From the IMG/VR virus record IMGVR_UViG_3300044639_000797: a stretch of 64,000 nt of DNA; one strand, written 5' to 3'. The translations under genes and the position numbers were made by a program. The notes under the pieces are model-generated. The model did no database searches. It had not been told where the DNA came from and saw nothing but the letters and a program-made list of their open reading frames with translations. The DNA comes from an uncultured virus (IMG/VR IMGVR_UViG_3300044639_000797) (Duplodnaviria; Heunggongvirae; Uroviricota; Caudoviricetes). Positions 39,321 through 48,315 of this stretch are shown here, piece after piece (within the stretch, counting starts at the first letter, position 1; each line of letters begins with the position of its first letter).

Positions 39321-40873
39321 TGTATTGCCTCTTTAAATAAATCTAATAACTTCGTTTGCGAAGCCCCTTTACTCTCAAGTACATTAAGTACCCTTTTCTC
39401 TACTGGACTTCCTATTAAATGCACAACCGTACACCTATTAATCTGCCCTGCTCTATGTATGCGAGCGTTGGCTTGCATATATGTTTCTAATGATAGGGTC
39501 ATACCCCACCAGATAATTGTATTAGCCGCATGTAAAGTAACACCATGCGCTGCCGCTTGCGGCTGGATGACCAGTATGCGGGGGTCTTTGCTAGTTTGAA
39601 ACTGATTGAATAATTCCGCCCTCTTACCCACACTTATGCCACCATGTACTATATCTACAGTGTGCCCCTCACCCTGTAATACTTTCTGAACTAACTCGAT
39701 AGTATGTCTAAACATAACGAACACGATTACCTTATGCGGTGTCTCGTCTATAATACTTAATAGCTCATTGGATCGGTGCTTAACATCAAACTCTATTATC
39801 TCCCCTGTATCCGAATACACCGCCCCTGCTGATAACTGCAGTAACTTATTCAAAGCCACCGCTGCGTTCGCCGCTGATATTTCCTCACCCCCTGCCATCA
39901 TAAGCATCTCTTTCTTGAGCAACTTATAATACTTCTCCTGTTGTGCAGATAACGGTACATCTCTAGTCTGATAAACTAACTCTGGTAAGTCTAAGCACTC
40001 TTCCTTTGTGTAACGTATAGCAGGTTGTAGGATGCTATGTACTATCTCTTCAGCTTCAGGTCGGTTCTTAAATACAAACATAGACTGGCGTATCTGTACT
40101 AAGTCTCTAAAAGCATTAAACGCTCTAGGTACACTTTTAGGGTTCATTATCTTAGCCAACCCATACGCATCTACTGGAGACTGTGCCGCAGGTGTACCTG
40201 TCAGCAACCACAACCATGTATCATCCTTAATTAATTTATTCAGTGTCTTCCATCTCTTAGTAGCTACGTTCTTAAGATGAGTTGCCTCATCTACTACAAT
40301 TAAATCAAAACCCCCTGCATCTATCTCTTTCTCTACTATCTCTACACCATCGTAGTTAATGATGACTATCTCAGCACTGCCGCTTATAATCGCGGCTCGC
40401 TTCTCACGACTCCCATGTGCTATCTCTACAGACCTGTGCATAGTTGTCCTAAATAAATCCCTACGCCATGCGGCGTCCATAATAGATAGTGGGCAGATTA
40501 CTAGCATACGTCTTACCACGCCTAGATTCATTAGATAGTCTGCCGCCCATATTACAGAGTTAGTTTTACCTGTGCCCATCTCAGATAAACAGAAAGCCTT
40601 TTTGTTCAGAGTTAAGAACTCTGCCGTTACCCGTTGATGCTCAAACGGTTTGTACATGCCTGTCCATTTATATTGAGTTCGGATAGGTGATGGCACGTTT
40701 GGTATCTTCAGGTTGTTTAGGATATATGTTTCACCCAAACCAAAATTCACCCAGACTTCATCCTCAGCTACCTGCTTACTTCTTTCTATTACCGACAGAA
40801 TACTGTCGGGGTCGTCCGTTTTTATCGACAGTATCTTGTCGTTTATTACATCTATTTGCATTGCATACCTCAT
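39317..40873 (-). CDS. SNF2-family (SF2) helicase
   Basis: MGTGKT, DEAT, LTGTP and QANARIHRAGQ motifs. Confidence 0.92.
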   Translation of the reverse strand: MRYAMQIDVINDKILSIKTDDPDSILSVIERSKQVAEDEVWVNFGLGETYILNNLKIPNVPSPIRTQYKWTGMYKPFEHQRVTAEFLTLNKKAFCLSEMGTGKTNSVIWAADYLMNLGVVRRMLVICPLSIMDAAWRRDLFRTTMHRSVEIAHGSREKRAAIISGSAEIVIINYDGVEIVEKEIDAGGFDLIVVDEATHLKNVATKRWKTLNKLIKDDTWLWLLTGTPAAQSPVDAYGLAKIMNPKSVPRAFNAFRDLVQIRQSMFVFKNRPEAEEIVHSILQPAIRYTKEECLDLPELVYQTRDVPLSAQQEKYYKLLKKEMLMMAGGEEISAANAAVALNKLLQLSAGAVYSDTGEIIEFDVKHRSNELLSIIDETPHKVIVFVMFRHTIELVQKVLQGEGHTVDIVHGGISVGKRAELFNQFQTSKDPRILVIQPQAAAHGVTLHAANTIIWWGMTLSLETYMQANARIHRAGQINRCTVVHLIGSPVEKRVLNVLESKGASQTKLLDLFKEAIQ

Positions 40874-40907
40874 TCAGCTCCTTAAGGGAGCGACTCGTTT
40901 CTTCTAT

Positions 40908-41114
40908 TTAGTCGTCTAGTATATCAAATAACTGCGCCTTGTTCAAGTTTCGATCACTATACCACCCACGTATTTTATTCTGGCATAGTTTTCGTTCTGC
41001 TGCTCTAAGGCGTAATGCCATTCCACATAACGCGTCTAAATGCCTATCAATTAAAGTATCGGGTAAACCAGCATCTGCCGCCATTACCCGCACAGATTTT
41101 ACAGATATTTTCAT
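40908..41114 (-). CDS. Hypothetical protein
   Basis: ATGA overlap with the upstream gene. Confidence 0.6.
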   Translation of the reverse strand: MKISVKSVRVMAADAGLPDTLIDRHLDALCGMALRLRAAERKLCQNKIRGWYSDRNLNKAQLFDILDD

Positions 41115-41392
41115 TTTTTCTTTTTAGGCTCATTGATCTTTACAGTGTGGTCAGAGTTGCGGGTAAAAGATCGGTTCTGTGATGGTGTTCTAAGTCTCAA
41201 GTTAGCTTTCCCATTACCTGCCTTTGTACCGTGTATGTGGTCTATGTCCTTACCCGTTCTGTCTATACCCGCTTTGTCTGCCGCTCGTCTTGCACGTTGC
41301 CTTTCCATCCTAGCCTCATGAGCTCCGGGACGCTTCTTCTCCAGCTCTACTTCACGTGCTACGTTTCTATCAGCTTTGTTCTTGTATGCCAT
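41111..41392 (-). CDS. Small HNH-like protein
   Basis: R..ARR...GKDIDH......GN...NLR......NRS. Confidence 0.7.
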   Translation of the reverse strand: MAYKNKADRNVAREVELEKKRPGAHEARMERQRARRAADKAGIDRTGKDIDHIHGTKAGNGKANLRLRTPSQNRSFTRNSDHTVKINEPKKKK

Positions 41393-41549
41393 CTTTTAAC
41401 TCCTCTGCTTTTTTTAAATCATCTAACATTATCTGGTCCACTATTAGAGCAATTCTTTGCTCTTCCCGCGATTTATACTCTAGCCCAAATAGCTCATTAA
41501 GTCCGGGTAATAGCTCTTTTAATAACTCAGCTCTACTTATCGCCATCAT
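41370..41549 (-). CDS. 59-aa protein mimicking the major-capsid N-terminus
   Basis: MMAISRAELLKELLPGLNELFGLEY... SD GGAGG. Overlaps both neighbours. Confidence 0.8.
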   Translation of the reverse strand: MMAISRAELLKELLPGLNELFGLEYKSREEQRIALIVDQIMLDDLKKAEELKDGIQEQS

Positions 41550-42237
41550 ACCTCCCATTATGTACACACCTAACTGCTTGACACCACTGCCGACAAAGCC
41601 CATTAGGTTTAGTATTGAAGATACCTGTTTCGTATGCTACTTCACGTTGCATTAAAACTTCTTTCAGGTTATCAAATATCTCAAAGCGCCTGTCATACGT
41701 GTACTCAGCTTTCACTACTTCTTGGGACACTACAAATAACAGCATTCCTTTAATAGTTTTAACTGCTGGGTACTTTAAAAATACAGCCGCCGCTAGTAGT
41801 GCAAGTTGCTTGGTATCCGCATACTTGGCAGATTTACCTGTCTTGTAATCCACAATATACGCCTTACCTGCCGCCTCGTCTACAATTACTAAGTCAGCAA
41901 TCCCACGCCAGTATCTGTCCTTCGCCTCAAAATCACATAGGCTATACTCGCCACCTTCTAACTTAATGCCCAGTTCAAGCTCACAGAACTTATCGCCCTT
42001 GATATTATTTAATGTATCAAGATAGCCCTTAATATAGTTGTACTTCTCAGGCAACGGGGTGCCTGACCCTATATAGTGTTCTGCTGCTAAATGGACATCC
42101 TTACCGTACAGTGTGGCATCTGTGTCAGTAAACGGTATGTACTTTAAAACCTTGTGTGCCTCGTAATTTTTTGGGCAAGTTATAAACTGCGATAAACTAG
42201 AATATGAAAAACTAGGAGCCTTCATACCCACGACCAT
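41533..42237 (-). CDS. PD-(D/E)xK exonuclease (Cas4/RecB-like)
   Basis: SYSSL....CP, G..VH, G.AD, VDYKTGK, QL and C-terminal C..C...C. Confidence 0.88.
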   Translation of the reverse strand: MVVGMKAPSFSYSSLSQFITCPKNYEAHKVLKYIPFTDTDATLYGKDVHLAAEHYIGSGTPLPEKYNYIKGYLDTLNNIKGDKFCELELGIKLEGGEYSLCDFEAKDRYWRGIADLVIVDEAAGKAYIVDYKTGKSAKYADTKQLALLAAAVFLKYPAVKTIKGMLLFVVSQEVVKAEYTYDRRFEIFDNLKEVLMQREVAYETGIFNTKPNGLCRQWCQAVRCVHNGRYDGDK

Positions 42238-42704
42238 TTTTTATTGTTTACTATTTTAGATATGTGAGCGGGGTGAACTTGATACTGCATAGCCAAGTCT
42301 TTCTGTGCAATTCCATCTTCAATGTAAGCGGTTCTGATATTAACTATATCTTGCGCGGATAATTTAGCATTACCTGAGGAGGTGCCCCTAGCACTATTTG
42401 TTCTGCCTTTTATATCTCTATCATTAGCATTATCTTTAGCTGTCCCATTGAACAAATGTTTAGGGTTTACACAACTAGGGGTATCACATGTATGACACAC
42501 TTGGTCATTGGTATGTAGCCTGTTAAGAGACACCGCTATTCCAGCTAGGTATGCAGATATACGATGGGCATATACTAAGCAATCTTTACCTATACCAAAT
42601 TGCCCATAGCCTTTTTTAGTTTTACATGCAGTCCAATTCCAGCACTCGTCATCACCTTTTATATCTACTTTAGCCCAAAATCTTTGTATGTCATTCTCTT
42701 TCAT
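42222..42704 (-). CDS. HNH homing endonuclease with C-terminal HTH
   Basis: RFW.KV, CW.W, AHR, VCH.CD.P.CVNP.HL..GT..DN..D. Confidence 0.9.
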   Translation of the reverse strand: MKENDIQRFWAKVDIKGDDECWNWTACKTKKGYGQFGIGKDCLVYAHRISAYLAGIAVSLNRLHTNDQVCHTCDTPSCVNPKHLFNGTAKDNANDRDIKGRTNSARGTSSGNAKLSAQDIVNIRTAYIEDGIAQKDLAMQYQVHPAHISKIVNNKKWSWV

Positions 42705-42895
42705 TCGTCTTCTTCCTCACCCCAACCCATAAGCTGACTAACCATATCACACATGCTACTCAAGCAGTCAGGACAAAACGCTACTGGCAATATGCCAAAG
42801 TATCCTGTTACTCCACCTTCATCATCAGTAAAATCTGTGCTACACACATCACACTCATTCTCACCACTATCATCATGCCCTAAACCGTCTATCAT
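42701..42895 (-). CDS. Small Zn-finger protein
   Basis: CDVC...FCPDC. Start placed at the ATG after SD GAGG. Confidence 0.6.
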   Translation of the reverse strand: MIDGLGHDDSGENECDVCSTDFTDDEGGVTGYFGILPVAFCPDCLSSMCDMVSQLMGWGEEEDE

Positions 42896-42897
42896 AG

Positions 42898-43044
42898 CTA
42901 CCTCTGATGTTTTATTATGTTCGCTTCCCACAAGGGGCTTTCTTTTTTACACTCATCGCATATCTTTAAGTTCAACCCATAATACTGCCTGAACTTTGTA
43001 CACTTATGCGGTGGGCAAAACCAACCTTTAATCTTTTCAATCAT
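42898..43044 (-). CDS. 48-aa Cys/His protein (not in ORF track)
   Basis: MIEKIKGWFCPPHKC...ICDECKKE. Fills the gap and overlaps the upstream gene end. Confidence 0.55.
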   Translation of the reverse strand: MIEKIKGWFCPPHKCTKFRQYYGLNLKICDECKKESPLWEANIIKHQR

Positions 43045-43363
43045 CCCTCTGTACCTCAGCTAGTTTAGCTATGTAATGTGCCGCCTTCCCTGCATCTTGA
43101 GAGTGATCTTTCTTACCGTCTCTCATTGAATACTTAATTATGTTACCTTTAAGAAAACCTACAAACTCTTCATAAGTTAGTATAGACTCCATTACTGTCC
43201 AAGGTTGTATTGCCATATCTTTATAGTGGTTACCGCCAACTTGCATATCGTCTGCATTGCTTTGTTTTGGTTTCCATACAGGTTTTACAGTTGATTCTTC
43301 GTTTATCATATTAGGGTAGCTCCATAGGTTTATCGGGGGGAATACAAGGTCAGCCCATTTCAC
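43037..43363 (-). CDS. DUF3310-like protein
   Basis: QVGG.HY....IQP, GF..GN.IKY..R...K....D..KA.HY. Confidence 0.85.
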   Translation of the reverse strand: MKWADLVFPPINLWSYPNMINEESTVKPVWKPKQSNADDMQVGGNHYKDMAIQPWTVMESILTYEEFVGFLKGNIIKYSMRDGKKDHSQDAGKAAHYIAKLAEVQRDD

Positions 43364-43563
43364 TCATTCCCTACCTCACGTTCATAGTCATCACGACACT
43401 GCTCATCACACCACCGTCTACCATCAACTACATCATCGTCACAGAACCAACATCTATTAGACTCGTTCTGGTATATATCCAGTGGCTTGCCACGTTGTAG
43501 TGCTATTTGTTTCTCCAGTATTAACTGGGCTTGCTCGTTGGCTTTATCTGCAATGTCAGCCAT
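43360..43563 (-). CDS. TraR/DksA-like C4 zinc-finger protein
   Basis: N-terminal DxxDxA (DIADKA) helix followed by C..C...WC...C. Confidence 0.7.
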   Translation of the reverse strand: MADIADKANEQAQLILEKQIALQRGKPLDIYQNESNRCWFCDDDVVDGRRWCDEQCRDDYEREVGNE

Positions 43564-43632
43564 AGTTCTCTCTCGCTCTAAAAGGATTAGGTTTTTTCTT
43601 TCTATTTTTGTTACTTGTTTTGTTCGCCATTA

Positions 43633-45453
43633 CTAACACTCTGCTAAACTTTTACCATACTTACCTTCAGCATCTAGGGGTAGCCCAGCCATCCAAAGGG
43701 GTGTTTTAGTCATCTCTTCTATCAGAAAATCTAAAGCCTCTTGAGCCTCATCTTCTGGAGCTAGGATATATAAAGCATCATGAATAGTCAGTACAATAGG
43801 ATACCGTTTATTCACTCTTACCATAGCTTCTGACATAATGCATCGGGCTGTACCCTGCACTAGATTGTTCGTTAATTTACCGCCGTATAGTCTATCATAA
43901 CCATTTCTAAGTTTATATTTATATCCTCGTTCTCCTGTCTCTTTATTAACCTCATGAGCCAACTCAGGGTACTGCATGTACATGCCTGAAGGAAACTTAA
44001 TACCTTTCGTACCCTCAACAGCGAATATATCATTATTACCAAAAGTAAAATTACTGTTAAGTGCCATAGCCTTAATAGCATCACCACACTTACTCCACAG
44101 ACCAGTAACACCTGTGTAAGTCGATCTATATAAGTCCACAATCTCTTGTGCATTGGGTAAGTCCTTCCCTGACCCCGCCTTCACAGCCGCTCGTAGCTTT
44201 GCCGCCCCAACCCCAAAGATTAAACTTAACTGCGATGTCTTACCGATAAACCTCTGGTCTTTAGTTACCTCATCATAAGGCACATCAAACACCTTACTAG
44301 CAAAGTCCTTATATAAATCACCCCCTTCACCTAGTAACTTCAAAGCACTCATCTCACCTGCCACCCACATACCCACACGTAGCTCGATGTTTGATAAGTC
44401 AGCACCTACTATTACCTGCCCTTGTGGGGCTACGATGGCTTCTTTTAATATCGACCCTCTAGGTAAGTTCTGAAAGTTTACCTTCTGCCCACTACCTGCA
44501 GCCCATCTACCTGTCGCCGCCCCATAGTATTTTAGAGGGATAGGGAGGCTACCCATTCTATTAGCTATATTCATAAACCGAATTGTTCGAGTCTCTTCTA
44601 ATGTACTCTTAACCCCCAACCTAGCTAGTGCTAGAGCTTGTACTGTAGGATTAGAATGTTCTAGTAGGGCTTTAAACCCATCATCAGTTTTAGCAAATGC
44701 GTAGGTGTTCTCCCCTGTAGTAGGTGATACCTTCATAGGTACTTCTACCCCATGCTCCTCTAACAACTTAGCAAACTTAGGGTTACTCATGAGCTCAGAC
44801 TTATCTGCCGCTACAGTCGATAGCAACCTTTCTTTCTCATCCAAAACGTAGTCAAGATGGGCTTGTAGTAACAGCATATCTACTTCCAGCTTGGCATCTG
44901 CACCCATCCTAATGGTCATGTCTATTAGGCTTAGCTCTGTCGAGTTAAAGTGGGGTGTTAGTTTCTGCAGTAACTTATAAGTTAATTCTGTGTCGTTAAT
45001 ACAATACTCGCCGTACCTAGCTAACTCCTCCTTAGTAAAGTCTTTACGGTATTTACCCATAGCATCGACAACCTCAGTGCCCTTAACCCCAAGCTCATAA
45101 TGCTCTGCCAGCTTAGCTAAGCTACCTCCTACCGATATACCATGTACAGCACGTGCCATAGATAGAGTGTCCATATACCTAGCTGGAAAGATACCAAAGT
45201 AAAGGCTAAGGATAGATGCATCAAAGAAACAGTTGTGTGCTACTAAAGTAATGTCGTTCCAATCATATCTATTAAGTATATTAGTTATCTGTAATCGACT
45301 GCCTGTATGCCACTTAGTACGGGCTTTGCCTAACTTAATAGATACTCCAATAACTTCAAACGCATCATCATTTATATACTCTTCTGTTGTTAATTTAGAT
45401 AGGCTGTATGATTTCGAGTAAAAAGTTTCGAAGTCTATTGTCATTAGTTGCAT
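43633..45453 (-). CDS. polA: Family A DNA polymerase with 3'-5' exonuclease
   Basis: DFET, HN..FD, Y...D, TGR, QN.P, DLSNIELR, R...K...L...FG and HD motifs. Confidence 0.92.
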   Translation of the reverse strand: MQLMTIDFETFYSKSYSLSKLTTEEYINDDAFEVIGVSIKLGKARTKWHTGSRLQITNILNRYDWNDITLVAHNCFFDASILSLYFGIFPARYMDTLSMARAVHGISVGGSLAKLAEHYELGVKGTEVVDAMGKYRKDFTKEELARYGEYCINDTELTYKLLQKLTPHFNSTELSLIDMTIRMGADAKLEVDMLLLQAHLDYVLDEKERLLSTVAADKSELMSNPKFAKLLEEHGVEVPMKVSPTTGENTYAFAKTDDGFKALLEHSNPTVQALALARLGVKSTLEETRTIRFMNIANRMGSLPIPLKYYGAATGRWAAGSGQKVNFQNLPRGSILKEAIVAPQGQVIVGADLSNIELRVGMWVAGEMSALKLLGEGGDLYKDFASKVFDVPYDEVTKDQRFIGKTSQLSLIFGVGAAKLRAAVKAGSGKDLPNAQEIVDLYRSTYTGVTGLWSKCGDAIKAMALNSNFTFGNNDIFAVEGTKGIKFPSGMYMQYPELAHEVNKETGERGYKYKLRNGYDRLYGGKLTNNLVQGTARCIMSEAMVRVNKRYPIVLTIHDALYILAPEDEAQEALDFLIEEMTKTPLWMAGLPLDAEGKYGKSLAEC

Positions 45454-45857
45454 TACCTACCCCGCTCCTTTAAAGCTAAGCCCCTAAGAGTAAGCATATC
45501 TTTTATCTCACGTAGAGTATGTTTACCTAAGTTAGGTGTTTTTAATAGCTCAACTTCAGTCCGTTGAACTAAGTCTTCAATAGATACTATCCCCTCTGCT
45601 TTTAAACAGTTTTGGGCACGTGTGGTAAGATCAAGGTCTCTTATCAAAAATTTAAGGTGTGGGTTAGGTGCCTCCTCTAGTTTGTTCCTCTCCGCCAGCT
45701 CCCTTCTTTTTTTCTCTATTATCATTGCATCAGCTATATCATATGACCACATTGCTATCCTCATAGGGTCTTGTGCAAATTCCTGTAAATCCCAAGTCTT
45801 CTTAGTCATTAACCCATTCATAGCCGCTATAGCTATCTTATCTCTTGTATTCATCAC
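45453..45857 (-). CDS. Phage module fused to an RNA polymerase alpha-subunit C-terminal domain
   Basis: C-terminus [40 protein letters not shown] matches proteobacterial RpoA CTD. N-terminus RD..A..AM.G...Y.IADAM. Confidence 0.9.
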   Translation of the reverse strand: MMNTRDKIAIAAMNGLMTKKTWDLQEFAQDPMRIAMWSYDIADAMIIEKKRRELAERNKLEEAPNPHLKFLIRDLDLTTRAQNCLKAEGIVSIEDLVQRTEVELLKTPNLGKHTLREIKDMLTLRGLALKERGR

Positions 45858-46029
45858 TCTTCTCCCTCTCTGCTAACATCGCATCGGCATAGGCATATGC
45901 TGACTTACTTAGAGCATGTTTATTTTTCTGCTCTCTTTTTGGGTATAATAAATCTTCAGGATCGCACCCCATATATTGAATAAACCCCTGCAGTACAGCT
46001 GTTGCTATCGTATCTCTTAGTTCAGTCAT
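45838..46029 (-). CDS. RD..A..A.QG / AY..ADAML module protein
   Basis: Paralogous to both neighbours. Confidence 0.75.
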   Translation of the reverse strand: MTELRDTIATAVLQGFIQYMGCDPEDLLYPKREQKNKHALSKSAYAYADAMLAEREKSDEYKR

Positions 46030-46288
46030 CTTTCTTCACCCTCTCTGCTAACATTGCGTCTGCTATTTGGTAAGCCGCCTTTGGTAATGAATCTATTCCC
46101 AGCTTATGTGCTATTAACCCCTGCATAGCCATGCCAGCAAAATGGTCTCTTAAAGTTCTTTCTGGGGGAGCTGTATAAAGAGGTTCACATGTCAACCCTT
46201 TCAATTCCTCAGCATGATAGCTCCAAGTTTCTGTAGTAGGGTTCCATCTTCTCCATACCACAGGCCATTCATTTAATAATTTACTCAT
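46022..46288 (-). CDS. PLYTAPP module plus RD.FA..AMQG / AY.IADAML module
   Basis: Shares modules with both neighbours. Confidence 0.75.
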   Translation of the reverse strand: MSKLLNEWPVVWRRWNPTTETWSYHAEELKGLTCEPLYTAPPERTLRDHFAGMAMQGLIAHKLGIDSLPKAAYQIADAMLAERVKKDD

Positions 46289-46614
46289 TCCCCACCTCCA
46301 ATGCCGTGTGCTTTTTCTATTGCTTTAACAAAGTCTGTTATTGGGTTTACGCTATCGTAAGTATCTGTAAAAAATTTCATATACTGCTCTTTATTCAAAG
46401 GCTCACGTTTTGGTGGTGATGTATATAGCGGTATTACTTCAAACATATCTTTATTATACAAATCTGGAAAAAGACTCACTTGTATCCTATAGCCAGTATC
46501 TCTATTAACTATTATCCACGCTTCAGGTTGTTGCTCAGGTTGGGCGAGCAGTTCTTTATATCTAGTAACTATAGAATTAGGCACTGCATCTGTGTATTTT
46601 ATTTCTTTACTCAC
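46285..46614 (-). CDS. Modular mini-protein (QPE..P.AW, PLYTSPP, IEKAHGI)
   Basis: Recurrent phage accessory modules. Confidence 0.7.
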   Translation of the reverse strand: MSKEIKYTDAVPNSIVTRYKELLAQPEQQPEAWIIVNRDTGYRIQVSLFPDLYNKDMFEVIPLYTSPPKREPLNKEQYMKFFTDTYDSVNPITDFVKAIEKAHGIGGGE

Positions 46615-46963
46615 CTTTATTCTCCAGTTCTTTTACATAGTCGTTTAGCTTAGACTCAATAATCTTTTTAACTTTGATACCAATATCAGATTGCATAACA
46701 TCTCTACCCATTGCTGTACCTGCCACCATGTATATGGTTTGTTGTGATGGTATAAAAAAACATATCACTACAATTATTGCACTTATACGCCCTACTTTTT
46801 TACAATAGTCTATCGTTTTAGAGTTATCGTCATACGTATCCGCCATATTTACCCCAGCAACAATTAAAGCGCCAATAATAACTATGACGGCGATACCTAT
46901 AATAGCTGGAACTCTGTTAGCTAAATCCGCAACATAAATCAATAGTTCAATACTCATACTCAT
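46607..46963 (-). CDS. Membrane protein
   Basis: Two hydrophobic helices and an IPS..T.Y motif. Confidence 0.7.
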   Translation of the reverse strand: MSMSIELLIYVADLANRVPAIIGIAVIVIIGALIVAGVNMADTYDDNSKTIDYCKKVGRISAIIVVICFFIPSQQTIYMVAGTAMGRDVMQSDIGIKVKKIIESKLNDYVKELENKGE

Positions 46964-47181
46964 TCCCCGTCTAAACTAATATCAAAAACTGAATTTATTT
47001 CCCAAATTATGAACCTTATTTGTTCTTCTAAATATTGACGACTGGGTGTATGCCCCATGCAATCTATAACCTCAGAACATTTCCTTAGTTTTTTGATTAG
47101 TTTTAAACGTAACTCATTATCTATCACTCGTCTGTCAAGATACGCTTGCTCGTCTTCATCTATTATTCTTTCTTTACTCAT
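46960..47181 (-). CDS. Hypothetical protein
   Basis: SD GGAG, MSKE start. Confidence 0.6.
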   Translation of the reverse strand: MSKERIIDEDEQAYLDRRVIDNELRLKLIKKLRKCSEVIDCMGHTPSRQYLEEQIRFIIWEINSVFDISLDGE

Positions 47182-47195
47182 CTTTCTTCTCCACT

Positions 47196-47405
47196 TTAAT
47201 TATATGAGATGCAATTTATCATTATTTGTCTTATTCTTTCCTCGTCAATAGTATCTTTTAACGTTTGTTCAAGTTCAGATTCTTTATTAACATATATCTC
47301 ATTTAAGTAATCTTTTACCTCATCAGCTAACCATTCGTATTGCTTGTCGTCCTCTAGAATCCTCGCTACTTTTTTAAATAAGTTTATTACTACTTCCTCG
47401 TTCAT
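47196..47405 (-). CDS. Hypothetical protein
   Basis: ATGA overlap, SD GGAG. Confidence 0.6.
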   Translation of the reverse strand: MNEEVVINLFKKVARILEDDKQYEWLADEVKDYLNEIYVNKESELEQTLKDTIDEERIRQIMINCISYN

Positions 47406-47671
47406 TTCTCTTCTCCTTTATTTGTCCAACCTAAAACCCTAAATAGTTTCTTAGCAGCTACATCAGCAGTAAATAGACTCTCTTCATTTGACTCTTTATA
47501 AAATCTAAAGCTTATCCCGTAAGTTTTTCGTTCGGCATCGTATCTTTCTTTAATACCGTTATGTATCTCTATACCAGCTGCATCTGCAAACTCTCTCAAT
47601 GCCCATATAACTGTATGAAGCTCACGTTGTTTAAACCCTTGTAGTCCTAGTGTCTTCAGCTCTTTACTCAT
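47402..47671 (-). CDS. Hypothetical protein
   Basis: MSKE start coupled to the upstream stop. Confidence 0.6.
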   Translation of the reverse strand: MSKELKTLGLQGFKQRELHTVIWALREFADAAGIEIHNGIKERYDAERKTYGISFRFYKESNEESLFTADVAAKKLFRVLGWTNKGEEK

Positions 47672-47868
47672 CACACACCCCACTCAATAAAAAAGTCACA
47701 TATCTCGTCATCATCTATTTCTTTCTTTACGTCCATATGCCACACGTAGTTCTGTGTGTCTATCTCAATGGTCAGGTATCTCTGACATAGGTTCTTCTGG
47801 TTGCAGTTAGTACCCATACATCTGGCACTGGTTGTTGGCAGTGGATACTGCATTTGGTGTAGTTTCAT
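47671..47868 (-). CDS. Small Cys-rich protein
   Basis: C.G..C.....C.RY...C..F. Start at MKLHQ after SD GGAGG. Confidence 0.6.
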   Translation of the reverse strand: MKLHQMQYPLPTTSARCMGTNCNQKNLCQRYLTIEIDTQNYVWHMDVKKEIDDDEICDFFIEWGV

Positions 47869-47991
47869 TTCTACCTCCCCAAAGGTTTTAATAGATTCCC
47901 AAGTAATGCTAAGGGTACAAACACGGCTATAAAGATACTGCTTACTACGAACACCACCCCTACTAACAACCAAAAGCACAGCCCTTCTAAC

Positions 47992-48315
47992 TTACTTGTA
48001 CCTTTCGCATACATTTTCCTCACCATTTGACATTCTCCTCAAGTGCTCAACTAATTTATCTACGTTCGTAGCGTTTATGCAGATGCCAGCCCCACCACTC
48101 TGAATGATTCTATCTAGCTCACGTTGTTGGATTGCCGTAGGCTTTAAGTCATTTGCCTTACACTCAATAGCTAAGAACTTACCCTGCACACAACATATTA
48201 TATCTGGTATAGCTGACCTGCCATACCCATTAGCCGCTGGAAAGAAGTGCCATACACCTGCATCAATTAGTGCCTTCTTAACTTTATCTTTAACCTCACC
48301 TTCTTTAGTCCTCAT
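47992..48315 (-). CDS. VRR-NUC nuclease (putative resolvase)
   Basis: E..V, PD.I....G.F.AIE.KA, Q.......I...GG. Confidence 0.88.
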   Translation of the reverse strand: MRTKEGEVKDKVKKALIDAGVWHFFPAANGYGRSAIPDIICCVQGKFLAIECKANDLKPTAIQQRELDRIIQSGGAGICINATNVDKLVEHLRRMSNGEENVCERYK

